Shown piece by piece: positions 1 through 8,750 of a stretch of DNA of 24,608 nucleotides. The notes beneath the pieces were generated by a model, which saw only the letters and a list, made by a program, of their open reading frames with translations, was not told where the DNA came from and searched no databases. Origin of the DNA: a virus (taxonomy: Duplodnaviria > Caudoviricetes); IMG/VR virus record IMGVR_UViG_3300009184_001883, positions 1-24,608 of that record; one strand, 5' to 3'. Position numbers and translations under genes: made by a program. Every line of letters begins with the position of its first letter. Position 1 is the stretch's first letter.

Positions 1-35
1 ATTATAAATCCCGTGATAGATAGATATTAAAATAT

Positions 36-43
36 GCTAAATA
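36..43 (+). promoter_or_regulatory. T4-late-like promoter motif GCTAAATA
   Basis: Upstream of the SD and ATG of the ejection cluster. The same motif recurs at other operon starts. Confidence 0.6.
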
Positions 44-65
44 ATACAATACAAAGGAACCCAAT

Positions 66-812
66 ATGAGTGGCGGAAAATCCAACAATCAAAGTTCAAC
101 AGACCCAAGACTAACTGGTGCTCAGGCAGCACAGGTAGAGGCACAGAACAAATTTTTTACAGGAACAATAGATCCAACTACAGGTGTTAAAGACCCTGGT
201 TTAATAGATTTTTATAAAGGTGCTGTAGGCGGTGCTAAAGATGTTTATAACCAAAGTGCTGGTGGTGTAAAAAACGCCAGTCAAAATCTTGCGGGTGTAG
301 CAGGCAACGCACAAAAAGCCTTGGGTGAAACAGGCGAATCAGCATTACGCACTGGTATTAGTGGATTAGAAAGTTTATTCAATCCTGACTACGAAAAGAA
401 CCAGATATCGGCAGCGTTAGCCCCTGCTCAAGCACAATATCAACAAAACATTACTAATCAAGCCGCACAATTTGGTGGCACTGGTAATTTAGGTAGTGCC
501 AGACAAGCATTAGCAGACAGGCAACTTGCTGGGTCAAATGCCAATATGATGGCTAAAACTGCCGCTGATGTTCAACGAGATGTTGCTGGACAACGAATGG
601 GTGCGGCTGGACAATTAGCACAATTAGGACAAAGTGGCATTGGACAAGGTGTTGGGGCTGCTCAAACTAAATTAGGTGCCAGCCAAGCAGACATAGACCT
701 ATACAACAAATACGCTTCAGTGATATTTGGCACACCAAGTTCGAGTTATAATCTTGGTCCTACTGGTAGCACTACTTCAAGCAGTGGCAGCAACCTTGGC
801 TTTAAGATTTAA
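66..812 (+). CDS. Putative DNA ejection/pilot protein (P22 gp7-like position and composition)
   Basis: 248 aa, Gly/Ala/Gln/Ser-rich. Starts MSGGKSNNQSST, contains AQFGGTGNLGSARQAL and ends in a Ser/Gly tail. SD AAAGGA upstream. First of three coupled genes of increasing size, typical of podovirus ejection clusters. Confidence 0.6.
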   Translation: MSGGKSNNQSSTDPRLTGAQAAQVEAQNKFFTGTIDPTTGVKDPGLIDFYKGAVGGAKDVYNQSAGGVKNASQNLAGVAGNAQKALGETGESALRTGISGLESLFNPDYEKNQISAALAPAQAQYQQNITNQAAQFGGTGNLGSARQALADRQLAGSNANMMAKTAADVQRDVAGQRMGAAGQLAQLGQSGIGQGVGAAQTKLGASQADIDLYNKYASVIFGTPSSSYNLGPTGSTTSSSGSNLGFKI

Positions 813-821
813 GGAATAACA

Positions 822-3203
822 ATGGCATTATATGATATGAATCCGTTGGACGAAGAAGAAGAACGAAAACGCAGAGAACAGATTGCGGCTATGGCTGAGA
901 ACGAGCCTGTGGGCAGAGGACCTGTAGATCCAAGTTTTATGGATGTTGCTGGTCAATATCTTGGCAATAGGTTTGATAGTGCTATGAACAGAGTGTCACA
1001 GGCTGGTGATACACTAATGAATCCTCAAAAAGCCTTACAACAGCGTATGGCTAACGAACAACAACAAGAAGCAGCCGATACTGAAGTTAAAACACAAACC
1101 GTTAAAACATTTGGTGATGGCAGTCAAGAACAAATAGTAAAAACACAGGTTCCTGCTGGTCAAGCACAACAACCACAAGCACAACAACAACCACAAGCAC
1201 AATTTGGTGGTATGATGGGTCCTGTTAGCCCTAATAGTCCTGAAGCACAACAACAAGCACAGGCATTTGCTCAACAAATGGCTCGTAGCCAACAACAAAA
1301 TCGTGGATTGACTACACCTATCGCAGGAATGCCAGATAATTTACCTGCTGAAGGTAGAATTCCAGCCGAGGCAGCACAACAAGCACCAGTAATGGCAAAT
1401 TTGCCACAACCTGGACCACAAGTTCAAGTTGCGGGTGCCACACAGATGCCACCACAGGCTGCGGCTCCTGGAGCAAGTCTGGCACAGGCTGGTGCTCAAG
1501 CACAACAACGCCCACAAGTTCAAACACCACAAATGGCTCAGGCACAAGCACAGGCTCAAGATCAAGAAAATGGCATTAGCCAACAACCTGCCGCTTGGGT
1601 AGAGGCTGCGAATCAGGCTGGCAATGACTTTTATAAATTGTTAGATGTAGCCAACAAGCATCCTGAAAGCAAGGATATGATTTATGATAAATTAAAATCC
1701 ACATTTAAGCAATCATCAATAAAAGATGATGCTGATGCTATTATGAAGGCTGCTCAAGCAGGCGATTTATCAGCACAAAATCAAATACTACAAAGCATTA
1801 AACCAGATAAAGGCAGACAAAAAGAAGAAGTCACGGTTAAAGATTATTTACAAGCCTATATATATAAGCGTTTGGGTTTAGATGCCTTGGCTGCTGATGT
1901 TCAAAATAAAATCATTGGCAAAGACACAAAATTCGGTCAAGTCACATTAGGTGGCAGTAATTGGGAAACTGAAACTGACAGCAGTGGCAGAATTATTAAA
2001 GCCAAAGATAAAAATGGTGTAATTGCTACAGAATCTACATTAAATCAATTGCGAGCAGGTGCTCAAAAGTTTGGCAGTCAATCTACCAGTTTTACTGGAG
2101 GTATTCACACGGTTCCAAATGCCGCAGGCGATGGACAAGATTTAGTTATGCCAACTCAAAATTCTATGACTGGTCAGGCAGGCTTTACATATGCCAGCGG
2201 ACCAAAACAAGGTCAGGCTTACACAGGCACAGCAACTCCACAACCACAAAGTATTGGAACATCGTTTAATAAAGCATTAGACAAAGCAATGATTGATTTT
2301 AAAACTACTCCTTCTACTGCTGGTGCCAAAGCCGCTATGGATAAAGCATATGTTTTAGATCCAGGTGACGGAAGTTTGATTCGTGCTACACAAGCACAGA
2401 TCAATGCTAATAGTCCAGACATTTTTAATCAGATTAAAAATTATAGTCCAAGTGGTAGTGTAGCAGATAAATTACCTGCTGACACGGCTGCTAATGCCAA
2501 AATGTTGGAAAGTTTGAACAGAGATTTAGAGGCTAATGCTCGTGAAGCGTCAAGAATGCCTGCCAATGATCCACGCAGAAAAATATTAGCAGACGAACGC
2601 ACAAAAACTGAAGCAAGAATCGCAGAACTTGGTGGCAGGGTTGCCCCAAGTGTTGGTGGTGCCGCTGGAACAAGTTTAGCCCAGCGTGAAAGCAATATTA
2701 AAGTCAATGAAGATGTGACAAAAGCAAGATTAAAACCTCCAGCAGAAGCAGAAGGTAAAAATGAAGCCACAGACATCAATAATCAAAGAACAGCAGATGA
2801 AAATTATGCTATGATTAAACCCGTGGCTGATTTAATTAAACAAGCCACTGGTAGTGGTTTAGGAGCCAGAGTAGATACATTGGCAAGTTTCTTTGGTGTA
2901 GGCACTAAAGGTGCTCAAGCCACACAGCAGTTAAATGTAATGTCATATCCATTTAAATATATGATTCCACGATTTGAAGGTCCGCAAAGTGACAAAGATA
3001 CTGCTTTATATGTTGAAGCCGCAGGTGACTTTGCCAATCCTAAAAAGACACAGGCAGAACGCTTGGCTGCTTTACAAGGTATGGTGTTTATGCTTAAAAA
3101 GTATGACAAAGCAGGTAAAAACGACTGGACATACGGTGAATCACAGGGTAAAGCAGAACCAGGAACTACAAGTAGCGGAAACAAATATAAAAAGGTCCAA
3201 TAA
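822..3203 (+). CDS. Putative ejection/internal virion protein, Gln/Pro/Ala-rich
   Basis: 793 aa. SD AAGGA. Low-complexity Q/P/A N-terminal third followed by a helical-looking region. TAATG overlap with the next gene. Confidence 0.55.
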   Translation: MALYDMNPLDEEEERKRREQIAAMAENEPVGRGPVDPSFMDVAGQYLGNRFDSAMNRVSQAGDTLMNPQKALQQRMANEQQQEAADTEVKTQTVKTFGDGSQEQIVKTQVPAGQAQQPQAQQQPQAQFGGMMGPVSPNSPEAQQQAQAFAQQMARSQQQNRGLTTPIAGMPDNLPAEGRIPAEAAQQAPVMANLPQPGPQVQVAGATQMPPQAAAPGASLAQAGAQAQQRPQVQTPQMAQAQAQAQDQENGISQQPAAWVEAANQAGNDFYKLLDVANKHPESKDMIYDKLKSTFKQSSIKDDADAIMKAAQAGDLSAQNQILQSIKPDKGRQKEEVTVKDYLQAYIYKRLGLDALAADVQNKIIGKDTKFGQVTLGGSNWETETDSSGRIIKAKDKNGVIATESTLNQLRAGAQKFGSQSTSFTGGIHTVPNAAGDGQDLVMPTQNSMTGQAGFTYASGPKQGQAYTGTATPQPQSIGTSFNKALDKAMIDFKTTPSTAGAKAAMDKAYVLDPGDGSLIRATQAQINANSPDIFNQIKNYSPSGSVADKLPADTAANAKMLESLNRDLEANAREASRMPANDPRRKILADERTKTEARIAELGGRVAPSVGGAAGTSLAQRESNIKVNEDVTKARLKPPAEAEGKNEATDINNQRTADENYAMIKPVADLIKQATGSGLGARVDTLASFFGVGTKGAQATQQLNVMSYPFKYMIPRFEGPQSDKDTALYVEAAGDFANPKKTQAERLAALQGMVFMLKKYDKAGKNDWTYGESQGKAEPGTTSSGNKYKKVQ

Positions 3204-6200
3204 TGGCATTCATATATGAAGTAAATGGACAACGAGTAGAGTTTGAAAAAGAACCCACGGAAAAAGACATTGACGAAGCAGCCAAAAGCCTTCGTCCTGC
3301 TCCTGAATCTCGCCAACCTAAACCTGTAGAGGGTGCTGGTGGTGCTGCCTTTGGCGTTTATCGTCCGCAAGGTCGTCGTCCAGATGCTAACAATGACAGA
3401 GAAGCCAGTAAAGATATGCCTATACAAACTGCCCGTGGCGTTGTCACAGGTGCGTTAGGTGGTCCCAGTGATTTATTAAACTTGCCAGGAAATCTATATG
3501 GTATGGCAACTGGACAACCAAGTCCTTATCAAGTTCCATTAGGCAGTGAAGAATGGAATCAAATGTTGCCGTTCCAAAGCGATACACCGCAGGCTAAACT
3601 TGCCAGATTTGGTGGAGAAGCAATGGCACCATTCCCCAGTGTAAAAGCCATAAAAGCAATTCCAGGAGCAGTCCGTGGTGCTGGTGATGTTGTCAGTGGT
3701 GCTGTGGGCACAGGCACAGGCTACATAGCAAGACCAGGCAAAGCACCTGTAGGTTATCAAGTGCCAAGTCAAAGAAATCCTATTGGTGCTACATTTACAC
3801 CGCCTGAAGAGTTGGCAAAGTTTGAACGTGGCGAATTACCATATGGTCAAATGCCTGAACAACGACCAATCAGCGAATTACCGCAGGGTAAATTAGACAG
3901 AGCCGCAATGATGCTCAGTGGTGGTAATATACCCAACGCTGGACAAGGTGCCAAGGCATTTGGCGAACGATTAGGTGAAACTTACAGAAATCCTCTAACT
4001 GCTGCCGCAGACATTGGCAGTATGTTCTTTACTGGTGGTGTTCCAGTGTTATCTACACTACGAGGTGGTCTGGCTGGTGTTCAAGCACTGGCAGATATGC
4101 GATTAGCCAACAAAGGATTTACTCCAGAGTTGCCAAAAATACTCAACGAATATCAAACAGGTGTTCGTCCTATGCCAGGCGTTCAACCAGGACCAATGCC
4201 CAGAGGATTTCAGGCTGCTGGACCAGTAAGTCCAGGCGGCTTGGCAACGCCAACTCCTGCGGCACAGGCAGCAATGGCTACTACACAACGAGTAGCAAGA
4301 ACTACAAGTGCTCCAAGACCACAGCCACAACCCTTCGCATTACCCGATGCTGGCACTCATTATAATATGGCAGCACAAGGTAGTGATAACTTTGGTGATA
4401 CATTTAACAAGGCTGTTAGTGCCAGAACACAAGATTTATTAAAAGATGCCCGACAAACTGGCAAACAATTGACTCCTGAACAAGCAGGTGATTTAGCCTT
4501 TGACGAGATTAAAGAATGGCGTAGAAATAATGTTGATGCGTTTAAAACACCTAAAGCCGCAGGACCAAAATTAGCCGAAGAAGGTGAGAATCCAGCATTG
4601 GTAAAAACTCGTGGTGAAGGCACATTAGATAAACCTAATGTAGAGTTTGACAGAAGCGATTGGTTCTCATTACAAGAAAAAACAAGAACAGGCAAACCAC
4701 TAACAGCAGGCGAACAAAGTCTGGCAGATAAAATTACTGGCAGATACGGTCCTGATCCTTTTGGTAGTGGAGATTTAACTGGCAATAAAATGTTTAACAC
4801 GGTTGCTCAAGGCGAAACTACGCCTGTGGCTGCGGTAGCACCTACACCTACAGCAGAAATGCCTGTTGTAGAAATACCAAAACAAACCAGAGATATGAGC
4901 GTTGGTAATGCTAAAAAACAATTCTATAAAGATTTAGAAAATGATACTATACCTGTTGCGGAAGCAATGGCAAAATATGAAGGTGTCACTGCCAGAAAAC
5001 AACTGCGTGTTTATAATGAAGCCTATGATGCTGCCATTGCCGAAGGCAAAACTGAAGCACAAGCAACACAGGCTGGAAAACAAGCATTACAACGCAACGC
5101 ACTACCACCGCTAACTGGCGAACGAAGTTCAGCCAGATTAAAGCCAAAAGAAAGTGACATTATGGAACGAGAAATGGCACAATCGTGGTTTGACGACACC
5201 ATTAAAAACGCACCTGACAAAACTACCAAAGATATGTATAACGAAATGTTAGCACAGCGTAATGGTGATGTTGCTCAACTATACAGAGATTTAAGTGCTC
5301 AACAAGCAGGTAAAGAAACTGGTAAATCAATGTTTGAAGAACCATTAGATACTACTATGCCTAAAGTAGAGCCTAATGCTATACCTGAAAATGATTATAC
5401 AAAAGATTTAACTTTTGCTAAAATATCAGGTGGTGATTTACCTGTTGGTAATTTTGAAAAAGATGGCATACGCTATGAAGTTGTTGAAAACGCTTCATAC
5501 AAAAATATGCCTGATGATGTTAAAAAATTAGTGCCTGATATGCCTAAAACTATTGAGCGTCAAATTGACATTAAAACTGGTAAAGTATTAAAAGGTCCAA
5601 AGTCTATGGCTGAACTACAAGCGGAAGCAGAAGAAATGCTAAAGCAAAGCAGAGCATCTAAAAAGGCAGCGACTATAAATACTACTGAATTGAAAGGAAC
5701 AGAAATGAACACTGATTGGGGAAAAACGCCAGTATCAGGCGATGAATATTATAAACATTATATTTCAGGCGGTAAATCTCCGATTGAACAACAATATAGT
5801 CCTGGCACATTAGCAGAAGAATTATATAACAAAGTTAAAAAAGATCCTGCTTCTTTGACTAAAGAAGATATTAAAAATTGGTATGATTATGATCTCAACT
5901 CAATAAGTATGCCATCATTAAAAGCAGAAACTAAAACTGCTAAAAATCCTAAAGCAAAAACTGAACAAGAAATAGTTTCTCAAGTAAGTAAAAGCGTGGC
6001 TGATACTATAATTAGAAATTACGAAAGAATACAAAATCAATCCAGTTTTGGAAGACCAGAACTTGTGGGTAAATCTTTGGAAGAAGCAAAAGCCATTGAT
6101 GCTAAAAGAAGCCAAGATGTAAAAAATAAACAATTAAAAGAAAACTTACAAGAAATGAGAACTGCTAAAGAAAATTGGAAAGCAATGACCGAAAAACAAA

Positions 6201-6265
6201 GAAAAGCCTTTGTTAAAAAAGGTGGCAGAGATCCAAGTAATGATATAATAGGTGGAGAAGAATAA
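3203..6265 (+). CDS. Putative large ejection/DNA-transfer protein
   Basis: 1020 aa. N-terminal YEVNGQRVEFEKEPTEKDIDEAA segment and Gly/Ala-rich amphipathic stretches (ARGVVTGALGGPSDLLNL). Third gene of the cluster. Function inferred from position and composition. Confidence 0.55.
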   Translation: MAFIYEVNGQRVEFEKEPTEKDIDEAAKSLRPAPESRQPKPVEGAGGAAFGVYRPQGRRPDANNDREASKDMPIQTARGVVTGALGGPSDLLNLPGNLYGMATGQPSPYQVPLGSEEWNQMLPFQSDTPQAKLARFGGEAMAPFPSVKAIKAIPGAVRGAGDVVSGAVGTGTGYIARPGKAPVGYQVPSQRNPIGATFTPPEELAKFERGELPYGQMPEQRPISELPQGKLDRAAMMLSGGNIPNAGQGAKAFGERLGETYRNPLTAAADIGSMFFTGGVPVLSTLRGGLAGVQALADMRLANKGFTPELPKILNEYQTGVRPMPGVQPGPMPRGFQAAGPVSPGGLATPTPAAQAAMATTQRVARTTSAPRPQPQPFALPDAGTHYNMAAQGSDNFGDTFNKAVSARTQDLLKDARQTGKQLTPEQAGDLAFDEIKEWRRNNVDAFKTPKAAGPKLAEEGENPALVKTRGEGTLDKPNVEFDRSDWFSLQEKTRTGKPLTAGEQSLADKITGRYGPDPFGSGDLTGNKMFNTVAQGETTPVAAVAPTPTAEMPVVEIPKQTRDMSVGNAKKQFYKDLENDTIPVAEAMAKYEGVTARKQLRVYNEAYDAAIAEGKTEAQATQAGKQALQRNALPPLTGERSSARLKPKESDIMEREMAQSWFDDTIKNAPDKTTKDMYNEMLAQRNGDVAQLYRDLSAQQAGKETGKSMFEEPLDTTMPKVEPNAIPENDYTKDLTFAKISGGDLPVGNFEKDGIRYEVVENASYKNMPDDVKKLVPDMPKTIERQIDIKTGKVLKGPKSMAELQAEAEEMLKQSRASKKAATINTTELKGTEMNTDWGKTPVSGDEYYKHYISGGKSPIEQQYSPGTLAEELYNKVKKDPASLTKEDIKNWYDYDLNSISMPSLKAETKTAKNPKAKTEQEIVSQVSKSVADTIIRNYERIQNQSSFGRPELVGKSLEEAKAIDAKRSQDVKNKQLKENLQEMRTAKENWKAMTEKQRKAFVKKGGRDPSNDIIGGEE
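5674..5681 (+). promoter_or_regulatory. Intragenic TATAAATA late-promoter motif
   Basis: Exact T4 late consensus, followed by AAAGGA (5693-5698) and an in-frame ATG (5705). Confidence 0.55.
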
Positions 6266-6696
6266 TGACAACAACTGAACAACTAACACAAGTCTTTTAC
6301 GACAACTTCGTAGCATACTACAGAAGCCACGCTGCCCACGCAAATATCACAGGCAGAAACTTTAGAAGCGACCACAAGTTGCTACAAGGTGTATATGAAC
6401 GCAGACAAGCACAGATTGATGTCTTGGGCGAACTCTTACGCACCTTACAAGAAATGATGCCCACAGATTTATCCGAAATTATCAACAACTCAGAATTGCC
6501 TACAGATGCCATAGAAGGCACGGCTGATGAATTGCTACAAATGGTCTTGGATGATTTAGAACAACTACGAGATTGTTATATAGAACTTGAAGAAATAGCA
6601 GAAGAAGATGAGCACGATGAAATAGCCAATTATGCTCAAGACCAGATTTTAGATTTGAATAAGAGTATTTGGATGCTTCGTAGCACTTTAGAATAA
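6265..6696 (+). CDS. dps: Dps/ferritin-like mini-ferritin
   Basis: 143 aa. HAAHANITGRNFRSDHKLL...IDVLGELLRTL aligns with the Dps signature HWNVxGxxFxxLHxxF...DxxAERxxxL. C-terminal WMLRS matches Dps. Confidence 0.85.
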   Translation: MTTTEQLTQVFYDNFVAYYRSHAAHANITGRNFRSDHKLLQGVYERRQAQIDVLGELLRTLQEMMPTDLSEIINNSELPTDAIEGTADELLQMVLDDLEQLRDCYIELEEIAEEDEHDEIANYAQDQILDLNKSIWMLRSTLE

Positions 6697-7176
6697 ACGT
6701 TTGTAAGCGTATGACCCACGGACATCATAACCTGCTCGTTGATGTAGTTTAAGAAATGCTTGTTGGTCATTACGCATAGTAGTAGAACAGATTATAGGAC
6801 TTTGAGATAACAATGCGAAACCTTCCCATAGTTGTATCATATCTTTTAATAATTGGATTCTGTCTCTACTGGACAAGCCGAGATCAAGGTGAGCCATACG
6901 CACACCAACCATCTTATCGTCTGACCACGGAGCAAAGTCGTTAGTTTTTGCCCAAGTGTAAGCAAGTAAATTGCCACTTGGTTCAACAGCAACGCTAAAG
7001 AGTTCGGTGGTGGGTTTATAGAATTGATTTATAATTGCCAAGGTAATATTTCGAGAATATGTAATTGGCTCAGGAGTAAAGATAGTATCTATCTCAGTTT
7101 GGAAGTTGGCTTCAGCCAAGGCTACAATAGCAGTGACATCTGTGCCTAATGCTGGTCGCCAAATATATGTAATCAT
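6688..7176 (-). CDS. GNAT-fold acetyltransferase-like protein
   Basis: N-terminal WRPALGTDVTAIVAL, central FSVAVEPSGNLLAY and C-terminal AFLKLHQRAGY fit GNAT patterns. Start moved from the track's 7191 to the ATG at 7176 because TGAAAGGA lies just upstream. Confidence 0.6.
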   Translation of the reverse strand: MITYIWRPALGTDVTAIVALAEANFQTEIDTIFTPEPITYSRNITLAIINQFYKPTTELFSVAVEPSGNLLAYTWAKTNDFAPWSDDKMVGVRMAHLDLGLSSRDRIQLLKDMIQLWEGFALLSQSPIICSTTMRNDQQAFLKLHQRAGYDVRGSYAYKRLF

Positions 7177-7200
7177 TTCATATCCTTTCAAGTGTTTGTA

Positions 7201-7208
7201 TATTTAAT
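7201..7208 (-). promoter_or_regulatory. ATTAAATA motif upstream of the GNAT gene
   Basis: Minus strand reads ATTAAATA-TACAAACAC-TTGAAAGGA-TATGAA-ATG. Confidence 0.5.
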
Positions 7209-7211
7209 CTT

Positions 7212-7219
7212 GCTAAATA
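7212..7219 (+). promoter_or_regulatory. GCTAAATA late-like promoter
   Basis: 5 nt before the ATG at 7225, with no SD. Confidence 0.6.
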
Positions 7220-7224
7220 ATAAT

Positions 7225-7587
7225 ATGACAAAAGAAAAGAAAATTGCTACAAAATCCAACCCTAATGTAAAAAGTCACGGTGGATATCGTCCAGGCTCGG
7301 GCAGACCAAAAGGCAGCAAAGACGCAGTCACTATCAGTGGATTATTAGAACAAGTTTTTAATCAAACACAGGGTAAAGACTACGAAGAACTGCTGATTGA
7401 AGATTTTATGACTGCCAGAAATAACAGCGATAGTGCCACGGTAATCAAATATCACAATCTTATTTTAAGCAAGGTTATGAATAGTCTGGCTAAAATAGAA
7501 GTCACTGATAGTGCTGATGCTGTAGCCGCAAAACAACAGGCATTTGCCGACGCATTGTCTAAACTAACAGGCGTGAAGAACGTATAA
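7225..7587 (+). CDS. Putative terminase small subunit-like / DNA-binding protein
   Basis: HGGYRPGSGRPKGSKD motif and a C-terminal KIEVT segment are common in TerS-like phage proteins. Lies upstream of TerL. ATG at 7225 preferred to the track's GTG at 7192 because it is 5 nt after GCTAAATA. Confidence 0.5.
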   Translation: MTKEKKIATKSNPNVKSHGGYRPGSGRPKGSKDAVTISGLLEQVFNQTQGKDYEELLIEDFMTARNNSDSATVIKYHNLILSKVMNSLAKIEVTDSADAVAAKQQAFADALSKLTGVKNV

Positions 7588-7590
7588 ATA
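7583..7590 (+). promoter_or_regulatory. TATAAATA late-like promoter
   Basis: Exact T4 late consensus, 5 nt before the ATG at 7596. Confidence 0.65.
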
Positions 7591-7595
7591 ATACT

Positions 7596-7757
7596 ATGAA
7601 AAACGGACTATATGCCAACATCAATGCCAAGCGTGATAGAATCAAAGCAGGCAGTAAAGAAACAATGCGAAAGCCAGGCACTAAAGGTGCTCCCACAGCC
7701 AAAGCATTTACAGAATCGGCAAAGACAGCCAAACCAATTAAAAGGAAAACAAAATGA
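7596..7757 (+). CDS. Small basic phage protein (53 aa), not in the ORF track
   Basis: Translates as MKNGLYANINAKRDRIKAGSKETMRKPGTKGAPTAKAFTESAKTAKPIKRKTK. GLYANI.AKR.RI.AGS.E.MRKPG.KGAPT is a pattern I recognise from aquatic phage hypothetical proteins. ATG is 5 nt after TATAAATA, and there is an ATGA overlap with the next gene. Confidence 0.8.
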   Translation: MKNGLYANINAKRDRIKAGSKETMRKPGTKGAPTAKAFTESAKTAKPIKRKTK

Positions 7758-8044
7758 CAGATAAATTATCTTATGCTATCGGTGGTATGGCTGCTAAAGG
7801 CTCACCAAACAAATTCAGTGGTAATCCCAACCAAAAAGGCAACCCTGACGCACTAATCAATAAAGGTCAAGGACCCAGAGGCGGTGGAACAGCAATGCCA
7901 TACTGCGGACACGAAATGACCAAAGGTTCAAGTAATCCACAAAAGCGTCAAGCAGTCAGTGACGGACAAACTAAATCTATGCCTAATCTTGGCAGAGAAA
8001 AGTTTGACTTTGCCCGTGGTCCAACTAAAGGGAATCAAGCATAA
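7754..8044 (+). CDS. Small basic Gly/Lys/Asn-rich hypothetical protein
   Basis: 96 aa. SD AAAGGA. Coupled to neighbours at both ends. Confidence 0.7.
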   Translation: MTDKLSYAIGGMAAKGSPNKFSGNPNQKGNPDALINKGQGPRGGGTAMPYCGHEMTKGSSNPQKRQAVSDGQTKSMPNLGREKFDFARGPTKGNQA

Positions 8045-8373
8045 TGTCAGTCTATCAAATAGTAGGTCCATTGATTTTATTAGCAGTAGATACACCTACA
8101 ACACTAACTCCATCTACGGCAACCATAAATTTTGCTGGCAATAAAAATATTACGACTCTTAAAATTGACAATCCTGATTTAATCAATACTGGTGCTTTAG
8201 GTTTCAGTTTAACTGGAGAAGTCGATACTTATGATTTTAATAATGTTATAGGAGTAGCACCAGGAGCCACGGTAGTTGTTCAAGTAGCAAATGCCAATTT
8301 TACTGGACCAGTATATGTCAGAGCAACTGGCGGAACAGGTTTGTATGTTCAAGCAGTAGCAGTATCAGGATAA
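8044..8373 (+). CDS. Hypothetical beta-rich protein, possibly a virion decoration
   Basis: 109 aa, Thr/Val/Gly-rich with alternating hydrophobic pattern. TAATG coupling. Confidence 0.65.
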   Translation: MSVYQIVGPLILLAVDTPTTLTPSTATINFAGNKNITTLKIDNPDLINTGALGFSLTGEVDTYDFNNVIGVAPGATVVVQVANANFTGPVYVRATGGTGLYVQAVAVSG

Positions 8374-8384
8374 AAGGAAACAAA

Positions 8385-8684
8385 ATGAAAAACCCACAAA
8401 GCAAACCAATCAATCAAAAGCGTGGTCCTACAACAGGCAACGCAGGCAACACTACAAAGCGTAATGCTTTTATGGATGCCAAATCTACTTCCAGCAGTGA
8501 AAAAGCAACATTAGCCAATATGGTCACAAGTGCTTTAGAAATGCGTGGCAGAGGTGTTCAACCTAAAGTAAATCCTGCTTTAGAAAGTGTAAGTAGTAAT
8601 ACTAATACTGGACCTAAAAAGAATCCAACAGCCAGTAATAGCAGCCTACCATCAAAATACAAAAAACCTACCACAAAAGGTTAA
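8385..8684 (+). CDS. Small basic Lys/Ser/Thr/Asn-rich hypothetical protein
   Basis: 99 aa. SD AAAAGGA. Confidence 0.7.
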   Translation: MKNPQSKPINQKRGPTTGNAGNTTKRNAFMDAKSTSSSEKATLANMVTSALEMRGRGVQPKVNPALESVSSNTNTGPKKNPTASNSSLPSKYKKPTTKG

Positions 8685-8689
8685 AGTAG

Positions 8690-8697
8690 TATAAATA
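8690..8697 (+). promoter_or_regulatory. TATAAATA late-like promoter
   Basis: Exact T4 late consensus in the intergenic gap before the operon containing TerL. Confidence 0.65.
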
Positions 8698-8699
8698 AC

Positions 8700-8723
8700 A
8701 GAGCAGTCCAAGACTGCTCTTTT
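8700..8723 (+). terminator. Hairpin, probable intrinsic terminator
   Basis: Perfect 9-bp stem AGAGCAGTC-CAA-GACTGCTCT followed by a short TTT, 16 nt after the stop at 8684. Confidence 0.55.
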
Positions 8724-8750
8724 AATTGTATAGTTATGAAAGGAAAAGAA

